Below are positions 1 to 12,229 of a stretch of DNA of 64,000 nt, piece after piece. The notes beneath the pieces were generated by a model. It saw only the letters and a program-made list of their open reading frames with translations. It had not been told where the DNA came from and ran no database searches. Made by a program: the position numbers and the translations under genes. The DNA lies in the NCBI GenBank assembly GCA_973895155.1, contig OZ316894.1:14337680-14401679 (forward strand), read 5' to 3'. Position 1 is the first letter of the stretch; each line of letters starts with the position of its first letter. The stretch is from Marsupella aquatica. Lineage: Eukaryota; Plantae; Marchantiophyta.

Positions 1-1082
1 GCGTCTCCAAAAGTGATGTCAGAGGGTCCTCTTCGAAGTGGGTACCCGGGACCAAGTGCAAATTCTCCTTATATCTTGTCGTTCTCCTCCGATGTCCTCA
101 TTGTAGAGCCATTCTTCAACGAGTCCAAGTTGTGGCTCATCTTTTGGGCGCGTGGTTCTTGTTTTCGCTTTCAAGCCCAGTGGTTCTCATACGCTTTTGG
201 GCCCAGTGGTTCTACTTCGCTTTCGGGCGCGTTCTTGTTCTTGTTCTTGTCCTCATTTCTCATTCTCGTCCTCGTTCGTGCTCTTGTCCTCGTTTGCATT
301 CTTGTCCTGGCTTCTTGTTCTTGTCCTCGTCCTCACTTTCAATGGCACCTCCATGAGGGAAGGCTAAGGAGGAGGCACTTGTCCCGAGCAACACCGACCG
401 GGAGTCCCCCGCATCAAATAGCTTACCGCCTCGGCCGAATGCCGGGAGGACGACGGTTCCAATCTCGGGGAAGGGCAAAGCGATATCAAAGACAAAGAAT
501 GCCCCACCTGCGGGCCATGGTAAAGGATCCAGTCGGCCAAATCCGAGAGGCCCGACTTCTGTTCCCGGCTAGGGATATCGCCCCTGCTTCAGTCGGTTGT
601 CCTAGAGCCGATACTATCTACACGGATCTCTCCGATACTTCTTCATCCACTGAGAGTGATCCTTCTTCGAGCGGGGACTCATCACCAAGCAGGCGAGGAT
701 TTGCGTGGTATGGATCAAGCGACTCGAATGATGACTCCGATGCGTACAAGCCAAGTTGGTGGGAAGACTGATTTCCCGTTGTCAGAGCGTTGCGTTCGAG
801 TGCTGGAGCGACTTGGAGGATCCATCGAGGTTGATAGGATCTGTTTCCCCATGTTTTTTCTAATAGGAAACGCATATCGTTCCTTCATTGTATGTCGGAT
901 TTCTAGTGTACTGTAACATTTTGTATATGAACGGCAGAGCCATTTGTTTTTACATTGGTGTCACTACTTTTGAATTCAGAATACCAAGGTTTAATTCCCG
1001 ATTCTACTCCCGTGTTTGCATTGTAATTCTGAATGTGAACCATCGATTGTCAGAAACACTCGTTGCCTGTCGATGTTTTTAG

Positions 1083-4000
1083 TAGCGTTCGGCGCTATTA
1101 TGAGAAACAAAGTGTCCTTAACACTGTCATTACATGTCTTATCTTTAAATTGTTTTTGATAGCATTGGGCACTATTAATTAAAGGAATCACAAGTCAGGC
1201 CCGTTAGGAGTTATTTTTTACTTTTATTTGAACAAATTCTGTTCGATTAATGTGCATTTTAATAGCGCCCGGCGTTGTTGTAATTTATTGGAATATTCGT
1301 TGAATGAATGGGTTCATGCATTCATGTTTGTTGCGATTGGACTCCAATTTCATGATTTATTTGAATATTTGCGCCGAGCGCTACTAAAGTTGGCTTGTTG
1401 ACACCTACACAAAATTTGAAAATTTATAGATAGTATTATCGATACTAGTGCCCGTAGCTATTGGAAGACGGCTTTTCAGATACATTTGAAGGTATGTTGT
1501 ATAATAGCGCCTGGCGCTATCTTCAACTACCGACACTGTTGTGGTTCCAACGGTCACTTTCCAACGGTAATATTATAGTAGATTGAGGTTCACGAAACCC
1601 TTTTTCCTTTTGTTTGGGATGAAAGTCCAATTGGAGAATGCCATCTGTACTTGCGACCGTTGTAATCAAATGGCTGGGTCCATTTTATTGGTGTCTTAAT
1701 ACGAGGTTGAGATCGCTCGTTGGAGATAACTTAGTCCATCTAAGCGCTCAGACCTCGGACTTACAAGTTTGTCAAGTGTGTATGTGCGTCCTTTATTGGT
1801 CCCATACATTTTGAGACTTGATCGTCACAAGAACTGCACGGCGCGTATGACAGTGTCGGATGGTCAAGTCGCTCTCCATGGCAACTTTTGGCTGGGTGAT
1901 ACGAGAATGGGGGAGACTGATGGTGGTCATTCTGAGTCCTCTCAGTCTTTGTTCGCTGGTTCTGTATACACCCGTTGTGTCACTCGATCAACTGCGTCCC
2001 TGTCAACTTCCGAAGCTGAATTTTCATAGCCCTACCCAAGGTTGAGGAGAGGGAGAATGGACCCTAAGGAGGTCTCCATGGGTGAAGTCAGTGACGTTGG
2101 CTTATCGATGGACGAGGTAATATCAAAGCATGCATTGTCGTTTGGGAAGGATTTTTGAGGATTCGATAAGGAGCCACCTCAAATTCCTCTTTGTAGATAG
2201 CTCCCCATGGAGGTTGTTTGAACCTTACAGAAAGAAAGTGCATCGATCAAGAAGTTGAAAGAATCATTCCGGGTCACAAGGTACAACTCGTGCATTGGGA
2301 TGCCTTTCTACGTTCAGCCTACGAATGCCGATGGGGTTCCTCAGATATGCACCAGCAAGATCAGAGACTCTTGGGATCCAATCTGGGTCGCAGAGAATGA
2401 GAAGTTTGAGGAAGAGTGTGATGCGGACCCAGCTTCCATATTCTAAAAGATAAAATGTTTTGTGTGTTTGACGGAAATCATCGATTGTACTCCTGGTCAA
2501 CCGTCACGAGGGAGAATCCGAACAACTTGAAGTATCATCCTCGTGTGATTTGCGTCATTTCCAATGGTGACAGAGGTTTGCCAGTTGAGCTTGAGGCGGC
2601 AATGCACACCGTGAACCAGTAAGTTATATTCGTTAATTGTTGTTATCCCTGTCATTCATTTTGGACCAAACATGCTCTGCAAAAGTGTTAATTCCCAATT
2701 TTTTCTAGCGCCCGGCGCTACTAATTCCTTTTCATTGCATCCAGGCTTGGACAAGCAGTCGTCAAGCCTTCCTGGATTCTTGACGCGGACAGAATTTGTG
2801 ATCTTGATCGCTACAAGCCACTGATCGACAGCGCGAACATGGCAAAGTTTGAGGCGATCCAAAAGAAGACAAGAAAGGGGTCTTGGTTTACACAGAAAAT
2901 GCCACAGGACGCTCTCATCTACATTGTGTGTGGACAAAATCAAGTCTTACTCAAATCAATTTAAGTCTGATATGGTTTAGCCAAAGCTCAAGGGGCGCCT
3001 TGGTCAGAAGAGGAGACCACAAAGAGGCATGAGGCAATGATGAAGGAGGCGACCAAAGATTGGTTGATCAAAGTGACGAAGATCACCCCTTTACTTCATC
3101 CGGATTTTGGAGATTATTTGGGAACGTGTGCTGAGATGTATCCCATAACTGAGAAGAACAAACGGGAGAAGAAGCTAGACACAGTTGTATGCACAATGGA
3201 TCAAGCCAGGTTGTTGACTGCTATTTCATACCTGGATCCAAAATTGAGGTGCACCCTTCTAGTAGCCCATTGCACTCCTGAGATTTGGAAACAGTTTTTC
3301 CATCCTGCAAGTGTCAACGACGAGCCTGTGAAGCAGTGGTGCCATACATGGCATACTTGGAATTTTGTGGAGGGAATTGCAACTGGAATGCTTCATACTT
3401 CCTTCAAGCAGATTTCTGACCGGATGCCGGCTGACCGTCTCACAAAGTCTGGGTGTGAGTCAATGGAGGCCATGCTTAAGATCATTCTCGATGAATTCAA
3501 AAACTTTGGGGATCTTGTCAAGGCAAAATTCTTCAACAATTTGTGGTCTTCCAAATATGCGGACAAGGAAGATTACACAGAGCGGAACCGAGATAGAGCC
3601 AAACGATATCTATATCGGTTTTACATGTGGATGGAGCTTAGATCTCCTGACACTCTATGGGCATACCCTGCTGCATTTCAGAAATGGGTGTCTATCAAAG
3701 AGGGAGACCCTCTTGCCGACCTCTATTTGATGTACCCAGCGAAGGGAAAGTTTCCACCACGTTCATTGTCGGAGTGGGAGAGACTTCACTGTCCGTGGTA
3801 CCTCAACACAGACAAATGGGATTTGCAGTTCGACAAAGCTGAGAAGGATGCCTTCATGAAGTTGCAGAAGTCCCAGATCCCTGCCAACTATGTGTCTGCA
3901 ATGAAGCAAGGTCTCCAGTCTGATGTTGATGAATCTGCATCTGAGTTACAGAAGAATTGTGAGTCTCTTGTCATGCACGTTGACCTAAGCCGTAAGCCAA

Positions 4001-6248
4001 GAGCAAAGGCAAAGAATGAGTCAGCTGCACCAAGTGAGTCCACAAGGTCCTTCAAGAAAAGTGAGTAGTCTAAGCGCTTTTTGGTTACTTGTTGGCGCTG
4101 CTTATGCAGGAGTTTCATTTGGAAATTTCTTTGATTAATAGCCCCTGGCGCTAGTCTGAAAAGTTGGACTCATGCAAGTTTCTATGCCTAACAGGAGGTT
4201 GAAAGTCCGACACTGAGGTCCCGGCTGCCAAAGGGAAGAGTGATGCAACTCCTCAGGCATCGGAGGAAAACACTGGAGCTCAAGAAACCCCTGATCAAGG
4301 GACCCCGGATGGTGCTGGCAAGTCCATTGTCCCTGTTGACGCAACTAGCACTAAGAAAAAGAAAAAGAGAGGCGCCGATGAGGACAGAGCAGCATCATCT
4401 ACTCGAGACGTTATTTCCTGTGGACTCCAGAGAGATGTCGGGAATTTTAAATGAAGGTGTTCTAGACACTGTTTTGTGGAGTCCAATTTAAATGAATTTT
4501 ACCATTCAGTATTTAACAAGGGGATGAAGCCCATGTGGGTTACTAAAGTTGAGGCCTGGGGAAAGGAATTGGTAAAGTCAGGAGACAGAGAGAAGGGAGT
4601 AATGCGTGGCGAAAAAGAGAGGGGCTTTGGTGTAGATGCTGGTTTCATCTACATTCCCACTGGATTAAAACCAACACTTCTTGATCGGATGGTTCCCAAG
4701 TGGAACCTTCAGGATTACACTATTCCCTGCTCTTTCTTCCGAGCCATGGAGCTGTTCCTGGCAGATGATGGCCTACTTGCAATTTTACACAGAGGAGACT
4801 ATGATCAGGTATCTGAAGTGATTGCGGCTTGCCAGGATTCCAAGAGTTTCTAGTGTATTTCAACCCACCATGTGGTCATGACTGCACCAATGTATAGACC
4901 CCGATCTGATACTCAGGTAACAATTCCTCTTGCACATACTAGCGCCCGATGCTACTATCAGCATTCGCTTTATCTGAACTTCACTTATCTTTCGTAAGGA
5001 GGAAGGGTTGACTAGCGCCAAACGCTAATATATATGTGTTTGTTTTCTTATACTGCCTTCATTGAGAAACTGTGTTGCAGATATTCACACTTACTCTTAA
5101 TATATTTTGCCGCATTTCGTCAAAGGGAAGGTCCCAAAAGACCCCAAGTTCCGGCCACTATCGAATGCAGAAGACCCTTCCGCCACTAACATCATTGGGT
5201 TTTCATTGGCGCGACATGACCCGACTCCTGAGCTCCAATTTGCAGGAAATTCACGCTTGCCTGTGGGTTTCATGCAAACTATTTTGGAATTGGTGACTCT
5301 TCCTGGAGATATTGTTATGGACTAGACAGTAGGTTCCGGTAGTATGTTTGTGGCTGGAGATTATTCTGGTCGCTTTATTGTTGGGCTGGAAAATCGGCCA
5401 GAGTTTGTTGATACTTCCAGTAAGGTCTTCCTCGATCTTTTACAGAACAAAGAAGTGGTTGCACCAACTCCTAAGAAGATTCCTGGAAGTAAGAAGCAAG
5501 ACAGGCTCCATGCTATTCTAAATTTTGATTCGGAAGACGAGGATGAGGGTGGCAATGCTTCTCAGCAATCTAAAGATGATGAGGTGTCGAAGAATGTGGT
5601 GGAGCTTGGATCTGGAGATGAGGACAGTGAAGAGTCAGAAGAGTAATTTTCTTTAGCTTTCTTTCTCTCATTGTATGCTTTTTTCCAAAGAACTCCTCTA
5701 CTCCCTTTTGTCTAGAAAATTCGCCCGATTTCCTAACTTTGACTAAAGAACTCCAGTTCAAATTCTTAGGTCAGAGTGGAATCTTCACAGGCATTTTCAA
5801 CTTCAAAGGAACGTCTCTAGGAACGTTGTACAGACCCCGAAGAAGCCATTTGTTCTCCCCTGTTATGCTGAAAAGGCGGCATGACGGGCAGATTCAGTCA
5901 GGACGCTTACTTGGGAGAGTAAGGGTCTTAGGCTCAAGAGAGGCTCAGATAGAAAGTTTGTGCAGAACCACTTCGTAGATGATATTTCAAAATCCAAGTA
6001 TGTGGATGACAAAGCAGAGTCCATTGATAGATCAGAAAGTAGCAATTCTGAATCGGGCTCAGAGTCGAGTGGTGGTTGTGGATCTGGTCTTTAGTTTTCC
6101 TTGTTTTATTTACCCCTTCATGGAGAACGACAACACTAAATAAGAACGCCGTGACGTGTCGGATTAGAGTAGCGTCCGACGCTATTACTGTAGCCGGTAG
6201 TTCAAAGAGGTTTTGATTTGGATGTTTTCCTTATAGCGCCTGGCGCTA
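1083..6248. repeat. Dispersed 15-bp spaced palindrome TAGCG-N5-CGCTA (consensus TAGCGCCYGGCGCTA), about 12 copies
   Basis: Copies start at 1083, 1160 (degenerate), 1263, 1369, 1446, 1505, 2706, 4139, 4940, 5013, 6170 and 6234. Confidence 0.85.
2057..5646 (+). pseudogene. Spliced, decayed gene: ParB/Sulfiredoxin-like domain + helical middle region + beta-class N4/N6 DNA methyltransferase-like fold + acidic tail
   Basis: FCVFDGNHRLYSW (DGNHR at 2470-2484); 343-aa ORF at 3037-4068; RAMELFLADDGLLAIL; RLPVGFMQTILELVTLPGDIVMD*TVGSGSMFVAGDYSGRFIVGLE (motif X-I-II-like). Candidate GT-AG introns at 2619-2744, 4061-4194 and 4917-5080. Several stops and frameshifts. Confidence 0.65.
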
Positions 6249-6454
6249 GTATAAATGTACTCAATGGCCGCTTCAGGTCCAATATATGTGACAATATTTT
6301 CTTATCATTTGGTGTCTTTTTTTGGGTGCACATTTGCTGGTATGAGTTTTGTTGTTTGTTGTTTATTGTTTGTTGTTTGCTATTTGCTGTTACGGAGAGA
6401 TCCCCCGTTTAGAGGGAAGGGGTTGCTGACTGACATCTTCCGTCTTGGAGAGCA

Positions 6455-9038
6455 TTGAGTGAGGGTAGCATAGTCTATGGATTCTGTGAAGAGCGACTGC
6501 TTTGTATTAGAAATTGCCCAGCAAAATTGTTGTGCGTATACCCTAAGCCAGGTTTGGAGAGTCACATTTCAATGTCCAGGTTGGCTGTGCATATGGGTTT
6601 CCATGACCATCTGGTTTGGAAGGGAAAATCTTGTCAGCTCCAAAGACAACGAAAGATGTTGTTTTAGGGGTCCATAGGTTGAATCCAGTCTCAAATCTAG
6701 CATGTGTGAGAAACTAGTCCATTAGCAACCTTGTCTCACTTTTGCATCCGGAATGATCAACTCAGTTGTCGAGAGAAGAACATATATAATGAAATTTGGG
6801 CTTCCATAGGGGTGGTTTTGACAGCTTCCAAGTTCCAAGCTATACTCCGGAGTATGAAGATGGATAATCCCAAAAAAGGAGAACTGGATGCCCTACGTGA
6901 AATGCAATCGCGGAATAATTTCCCTTTTGTGCAAAGGTACCTTTTTCCTGGTCAAGGGAATAAGAATGACCGAGCGCATGTGTTCAAAATGAGTACAAAT
7001 GACCTAGATCTGGTGTTGACATTTTGAGGAGCATGGAGTCTGGAGGTGTTCTAGAAGGTGCTTGGGTTAGTTTTGATGTCATGCATTGCATCACTACTGG
7101 ATGGTTGACCTTCAGTGCACATGTTTGTGACCATAATTACCGCGCACTGTGTACAATTTTTACTTGTGAGTTGAGAGTTGAAGACACCGAGTCCCTTGAA
7201 ACTGCGTGGCAATTGATGGTAGATGTGGCATCGAAGAATGGAGTGCATAATCCTATTATTGGAGGATTCATAGTTGACAATGCAGAGGTTGGTTGGATTG
7301 CTGTACAACAAGTTTTTTTGGGGGGTGTTCAAAATCCTATGAAAGAGCACAACAATGCTTTCCATTTTTCTCAGTCCCTTAGGAGACTCATGTTGGATGG
7401 GATCAAGGAGGGATGCCATGCAGAGCATTATAAGATGTGGGAGAAGTTAAGGATTGCTCCAACTTACGTTGAAGCGTATAGAATTGCTGACGACATTCAA
7501 AAATGGTGGAAAAAAGGGAATTGTCATCCTTCAAAGCTCAAATCACTTCAAGGTTGGATTTCTTGGTGGGTTGTGCGATGGAGGCAATTTTATTCGAGTG
7601 GTAATTTTATTTCCATCATTTGTGATCCATTTAAGCTAGCAAGATTGCTAGCCTAAATATCATAAATTTGACCCTAACTAGTTTGTAAGTAGTGTGCTTT
7701 GTGCTAGAGAGGTCGCTAGCCTGAATACATTGGCTAACATTGATTATCTAGCAGACACAAAGTGCAACAGAGTCTACTTTGATGCCAAACTGTGTCAGAG
7801 CTGAATCTTCTCATGCATCAATGCGTTTGTGCCAACCGAAGAAGAAAATTGGTTTGATGGAAGCCTGTGAAGTTGATCAAAATCAAGCAGCTTGACAAAT
7901 TACCGCATTCACTGTGTATATGGAAGGATGTCATTTTGGTAATGGTCCTACAATATTTGAGCTGACCTATTGCAATGCAAATACAATGGGATCGTTGGAT
8001 GCCTACGAGAAGGCATCCAATCTACTATTTGAATCCTCTGGAAAATATGAGCTCTTTACATGGGGATCTTCGAACAATGTCAGGGAAACGGAAGGGTAAT
8101 GCTTCTGCTTCTATTCATGATAATGATTCTCATTGACATGATAAGATATTGCGCATAGTGGCGTCTCCACCAAGCTTAAAAAGAAGGAATCTGTACTCTG
8201 AATTCAGTAACTTCAACGATGGTTTTGAGCTTGGTGGACCGTCGTGCATTCCTGACAATGAAAACAGTCCCACCCGCTAGACAGATGCTCTCCCTCGCAA
8301 AGTTATCAATATCTCAGATGATGGTGAAGAACAAAGCCTTGGAGCAGATGTAGAGGAAACACCGATTGCAAATGATGTTGGAGAAATACCATCTCCTCAA
8401 AATAAATGGGATTGGATTCGGGCTGCCCCCTGAAGGATCCCTTTCATTGAAAAGGCTGATGTTTTGTATGGGACCTGGCATTTGAGGCAAAGTGGAAAAG
8501 GGAGTGGCTTGTATGCAATGGACTAGTGGATCGAAGTGTCTTTGGTAGAGAAGAATGTCGTAATCTTATCAAGGAAACTGGATTTAAGGCTTTCCAGACT
8601 TGAGTTGTTGGTGTTGCCATTCACGGATTGAGGTTGTCCTCTCCACATTGTCAGCTTTTGTACTTCTGTCCGAGTAATATGTGCCATAAGACAGGTGGTA
8701 GAAGGACTCTTGCCCAGCTCCTGCAACCACTTGAGGCACTGCAAGTCCAACAAGGAACTAAGCTGACCCCTACAGAGATTGATTTTCTCCTTTGAAATGG
8801 ATTTGAAATAAGAGGATTATCATACTCTGATGCAACACCAATCAGGGCATTCTCTCCTGCAAGTTGTCTTGACCTCCAAATTGATGTGAACGCCTTCCCC
8901 GAAAGGGTTGACGTTGCTTTCCCAAATAGTCGATTGAAGACTCAGAATGGGAAAGGCGTTTGCCAACATTTCCAAAACACCCCTGAGCTTCTTAAACGCA
9001 TTCAATCTGCAATTGACAAACAAATGAGAGTCATTGGA
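6455..9038 (+). pseudogene. MULE (Mutator-like) transposase, N-terminal and core part (WRKY/GCM1-like Zn finger + MULE DDE domain)
   Basis: C..CPAKL...RLAVHMGFHDH (6455-6667); WVSFDVMH...ELRVEDTESL...GFIVDNAEVGWIAVQQVF...AFHFSQSL (7024-7656). Interrupted at 9038 by the LINE. Confidence 0.75.
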
Positions 9039-9840
9039 GGACTGAGGAGACCTAGAAGCGCACTAGCGGATTGGCTAGTACTTGCTAGGGTGGATTTTTG
9101 TTTCGGTTGATTCTCCATAGGGAGTCTGAACGCTGCTATGGATGGCTTGAATAAAAACTGGTGAACAGTGTTACAGATTGAAACTGTTTTGAGAAAGTTT
9201 GACTCGGTTAGTGCTTTGCGAGAGGGAGATTGAGGCTATGCTCGTTGCGCCTAGGGTTTGTTGATCTAGTGAACCTGGGACGATAGCAGGGATGGCATTG
9301 GCCTCACTGGAGCAAAGGCACTTAAACACGTTGACTTAGGGCGAGGCAATCAGGATTACTTACTTAGGATTAATGGTTGATGCTCCTCGGTGTAATCTGC
9401 TCCTGCTGTCAGTTGCGGCTGTTGAGAGTGAACGGGTTGGATTTGGGTGAGGCAACCTGGATTACTTACTTTGGATTAGTGGCTGATTCTCCTCGGGGTT
9501 TCTGCTCCTATTGTAGTAGCGGTGGTGAAGTGGGAACCGTGTGTTCTGGTGCGCTCCCCTTGGATTGGATTTGACTATTCCGGCGGAATAGCCTTATTGA
9601 ATTTTGGTGAAGTATCACACAGAGTTTTGTGGTCTGCTAAATCCCGGTTTTTTTATCGGCATGATTAGAAGGGTTGGAGAAGGGCTGGGGGACTACTAAT
9701 GGCAATTACACTTTAGGAGATTTGATCTTTGAAGAGTAAACTTGGGTGCTAATTGCCAAGTGAGTGATACTTTTATTTCTGCCTTCACATTGGTGTGCTT
9801 TGCGGGTAGTCAGAAATTGTGTACTAGGCTGATCGGAACT

Positions 9841-12071
9841 ATGAATCATCGTTTTGAGGGGGGTCGTGGAGCGGGTAGATTCAGAGATAGGGGACAACAA
9901 AGTGGTGTTGATGGAACGCTGTCAGAGGGGCATTACCGGCAGGTCACTGGACGTGTTGTGGACTCCCGTGGTTTCTCAAAGGATGGTGGGGGGGGCAGAC
10001 ACAGTTACTTACGACAGGACACACGTTCTTACGAGGCTCCTCTAGATTGTGGCCCTGCTGACCTTGCGGAGCCTCTGAGGAGGATCTCTCTTGAGACTAC
10101 TAATGTACCTTTGGAAAGGCTGGATCCCTTGGAGGTTGAATCTGCGCAATGGGACAAGAGACAGGAAGCTATTAAGAGGAATTTAGAGGCAGCTGAAGAA
10201 TATGGTCAAGTGGGTACATACCGTCTTGAGGGGAACTAGGACGCCCCTATTGCTCATCATAGACCGCTGCCAATGGGGAATTGTTGGCCAGCTGCTATGG
10301 GGACTGGCAATGAGGTGACGATTGCCAGCCCTGTGGGGACCAAAATTGCTTCTCCTTTGGTGGTGGATCAGAATCAAAGGCACGGAGGGGATATAGTGGG
10401 GATCGAGGAACCGGGGGCTGCTGACGAGGAAGTAATCCCGGAGGAGTGCATTGATATTCTGAAGAAAATTGCTAAGGGCTCGACAGATACCTGGCCGTCT
10501 AAACTTCATACTACTTTGGTCTGGCCTATGGAAGAAGCGGCTCTTTCTATCCACAAGCTATTCCATTGCTCTATGTTATGCTACTTCACTGATCGGGCGC
10601 CCCTTCTTCCCGTGTTCAAGGACTGGGTTGCTGCTAAAATGGTTGAAGGGATGGGATGGTCGGTGACCCAAACTAAATATGTGGGTAAAAATTTCTTCTT
10701 GATTGCATTCAAACATCCGCAGCATAGGGAGGTTGCTCTTGCATAGGCACCTTGGTTCTTGGCAAATTTATGTTCACCTTTCCTTGGGATCCGTCTTTCA
10801 ATGTCAAAAAGGAGTCATATGTGAAGCTCCCTGTTTGGATTGAAACAATTCCCTTTCACTCTTTACTACTGGAGGGCTGTCGTAAAAGGATTGCAACATC
10901 TTTTGGGAGAGTGTTGTACTACATTCAGGGTGATGAACGGAGCTCTTATCCACATGACAGGGCTTGTATCCTTTGGGACAACCGAAGGGAGGTCCCCTGC
11001 AGCGTGAAGGTGATGATTCAGGAGGATATTGCTATCTGGCAGCCAGTGATTTTCAAGAATATTCCTTATCACTACTACAGGTGCAACAAGAAAGGGCACT
11101 TTGCTAGAGATTGCTTGACTATTGAGGCTGTGGAGAAGGCTCATGCCCGGAAGGAGCTGGAGAATGTGAACGCTTTCCCCTCGGTGGGGGTGGTGGTGGG
11201 AGTGACGGCTCCTATCGCTCCTCTGAAAGATGGTAGTGCTGCCACGGCGGAGGAGAATGTGAGGATTAACGAGGGTAATGGAGCTCTGGTTGGTTCGGGC
11301 AGCATTGATAAGAGGGTTGAAGTTTTGGCGTCCGTGCCTCAGGTTTCAGGGGCCTACAGTTTGGTTGGGGCTTTGAAGGGCGTTACTATTGAATTGGTTG
11401 TCGGGATGAACCCCCTCCGGAATGAGTGCGGAGGGGAGGTCTCCCCGGCTCTTCCAACTTTGACACATCCTTTGGAGGCTGGAGCACTATCAGCGTTGAA
11501 CAGAGGGAAGTTGTGTGGGACTGGGACAAATCTTGGATCCACTGCTGGTGTATTCGCAGAGGGACAAATGGTTAGGAGTGACGGAACTCCTCTGTTCCCT
11601 GCTGCTGTGTTGGACTCTCAAGGACCGAGAAGGGAAGTGGAAGATGAGGGGCAGGGGATTTTGATGCGAGAGTTGATGAATAAGGAAGTCATTGAGGGTT
11701 CGGTTGCTGCAGTGGTGGCCCCTATTGCGGCTGTGGAAGCATCAATTGAGGAGGCTGAGCTTTCACTTGGGAATGCAACCGAGGGATCGGGTGTGGATGA
11801 GAGGATGTCCTACCATGGAGAATCAGACCCCGGGCTATTAGAGTACGAGAAGTATATCTCTAAAAGTCAAACTAAAAAGGATAGAACAAGGAAATTGGAA
11901 AGACAGACACCACCAACTAAGAGGAAGAACAAAGGGAAGAAGGAACAAAAGAAACAACGATCCTTACATTTTGAACCATCGCAATTGCAGGGTGATGGTG
12001 GAGTGATGATGATTGATCAGGCTAGCGGAGGAGCGGACAAAGAGGACTGGGCGGTGCCACCTAGGGACTAG
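9841..12071 (+). pseudogene. LINE ORF1 (DUF4283-like region + degenerate zinc knuckle)
   Basis: YVGKNFFLIAF, PWDPSF..KLPVWIE, YRCNKKGHFARDC. Contains stops and frameshifts. Confidence 0.8.
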
Positions 12072-12229
12072 GGAGGAGGCAAAGAGATGGTGGAGACTGG
12101 AGCAGACCTGGGGACTATCTCTTACACTCGGGCTCTGGAGGGTGTACCTGTGGAGACCGGGTCCCCTTCGATTGAGAGTTGTTTCCCTATGATGTGACGA
12201 GCTTGCAAGGACTGAGGGGGGTGGGAATT

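Larger units (their letters stand above)
1..6406. mobile_element. Putative DNA-transposon (MULE-like) segment carrying the ParB-like/amino-MTase gene; left end outside the window
   Basis: Dispersed TAGCG-N5-CGCTA palindromes are confined to 1083-6248. The segment ends in ...GAGATCCCCC (6406), immediately before MULE transposase coding sequence. The boundary is inferred and no TSD can be verified. Confidence 0.4.

Noticed and set aside
13-771. 252-aa plus-strand ORF as a real gene
   Set aside because: It is low-complexity and looks like the antisense shadow of a charged, repetitive minus-strand sequence. No domain was recognised, and the region is truncated by the window edge.
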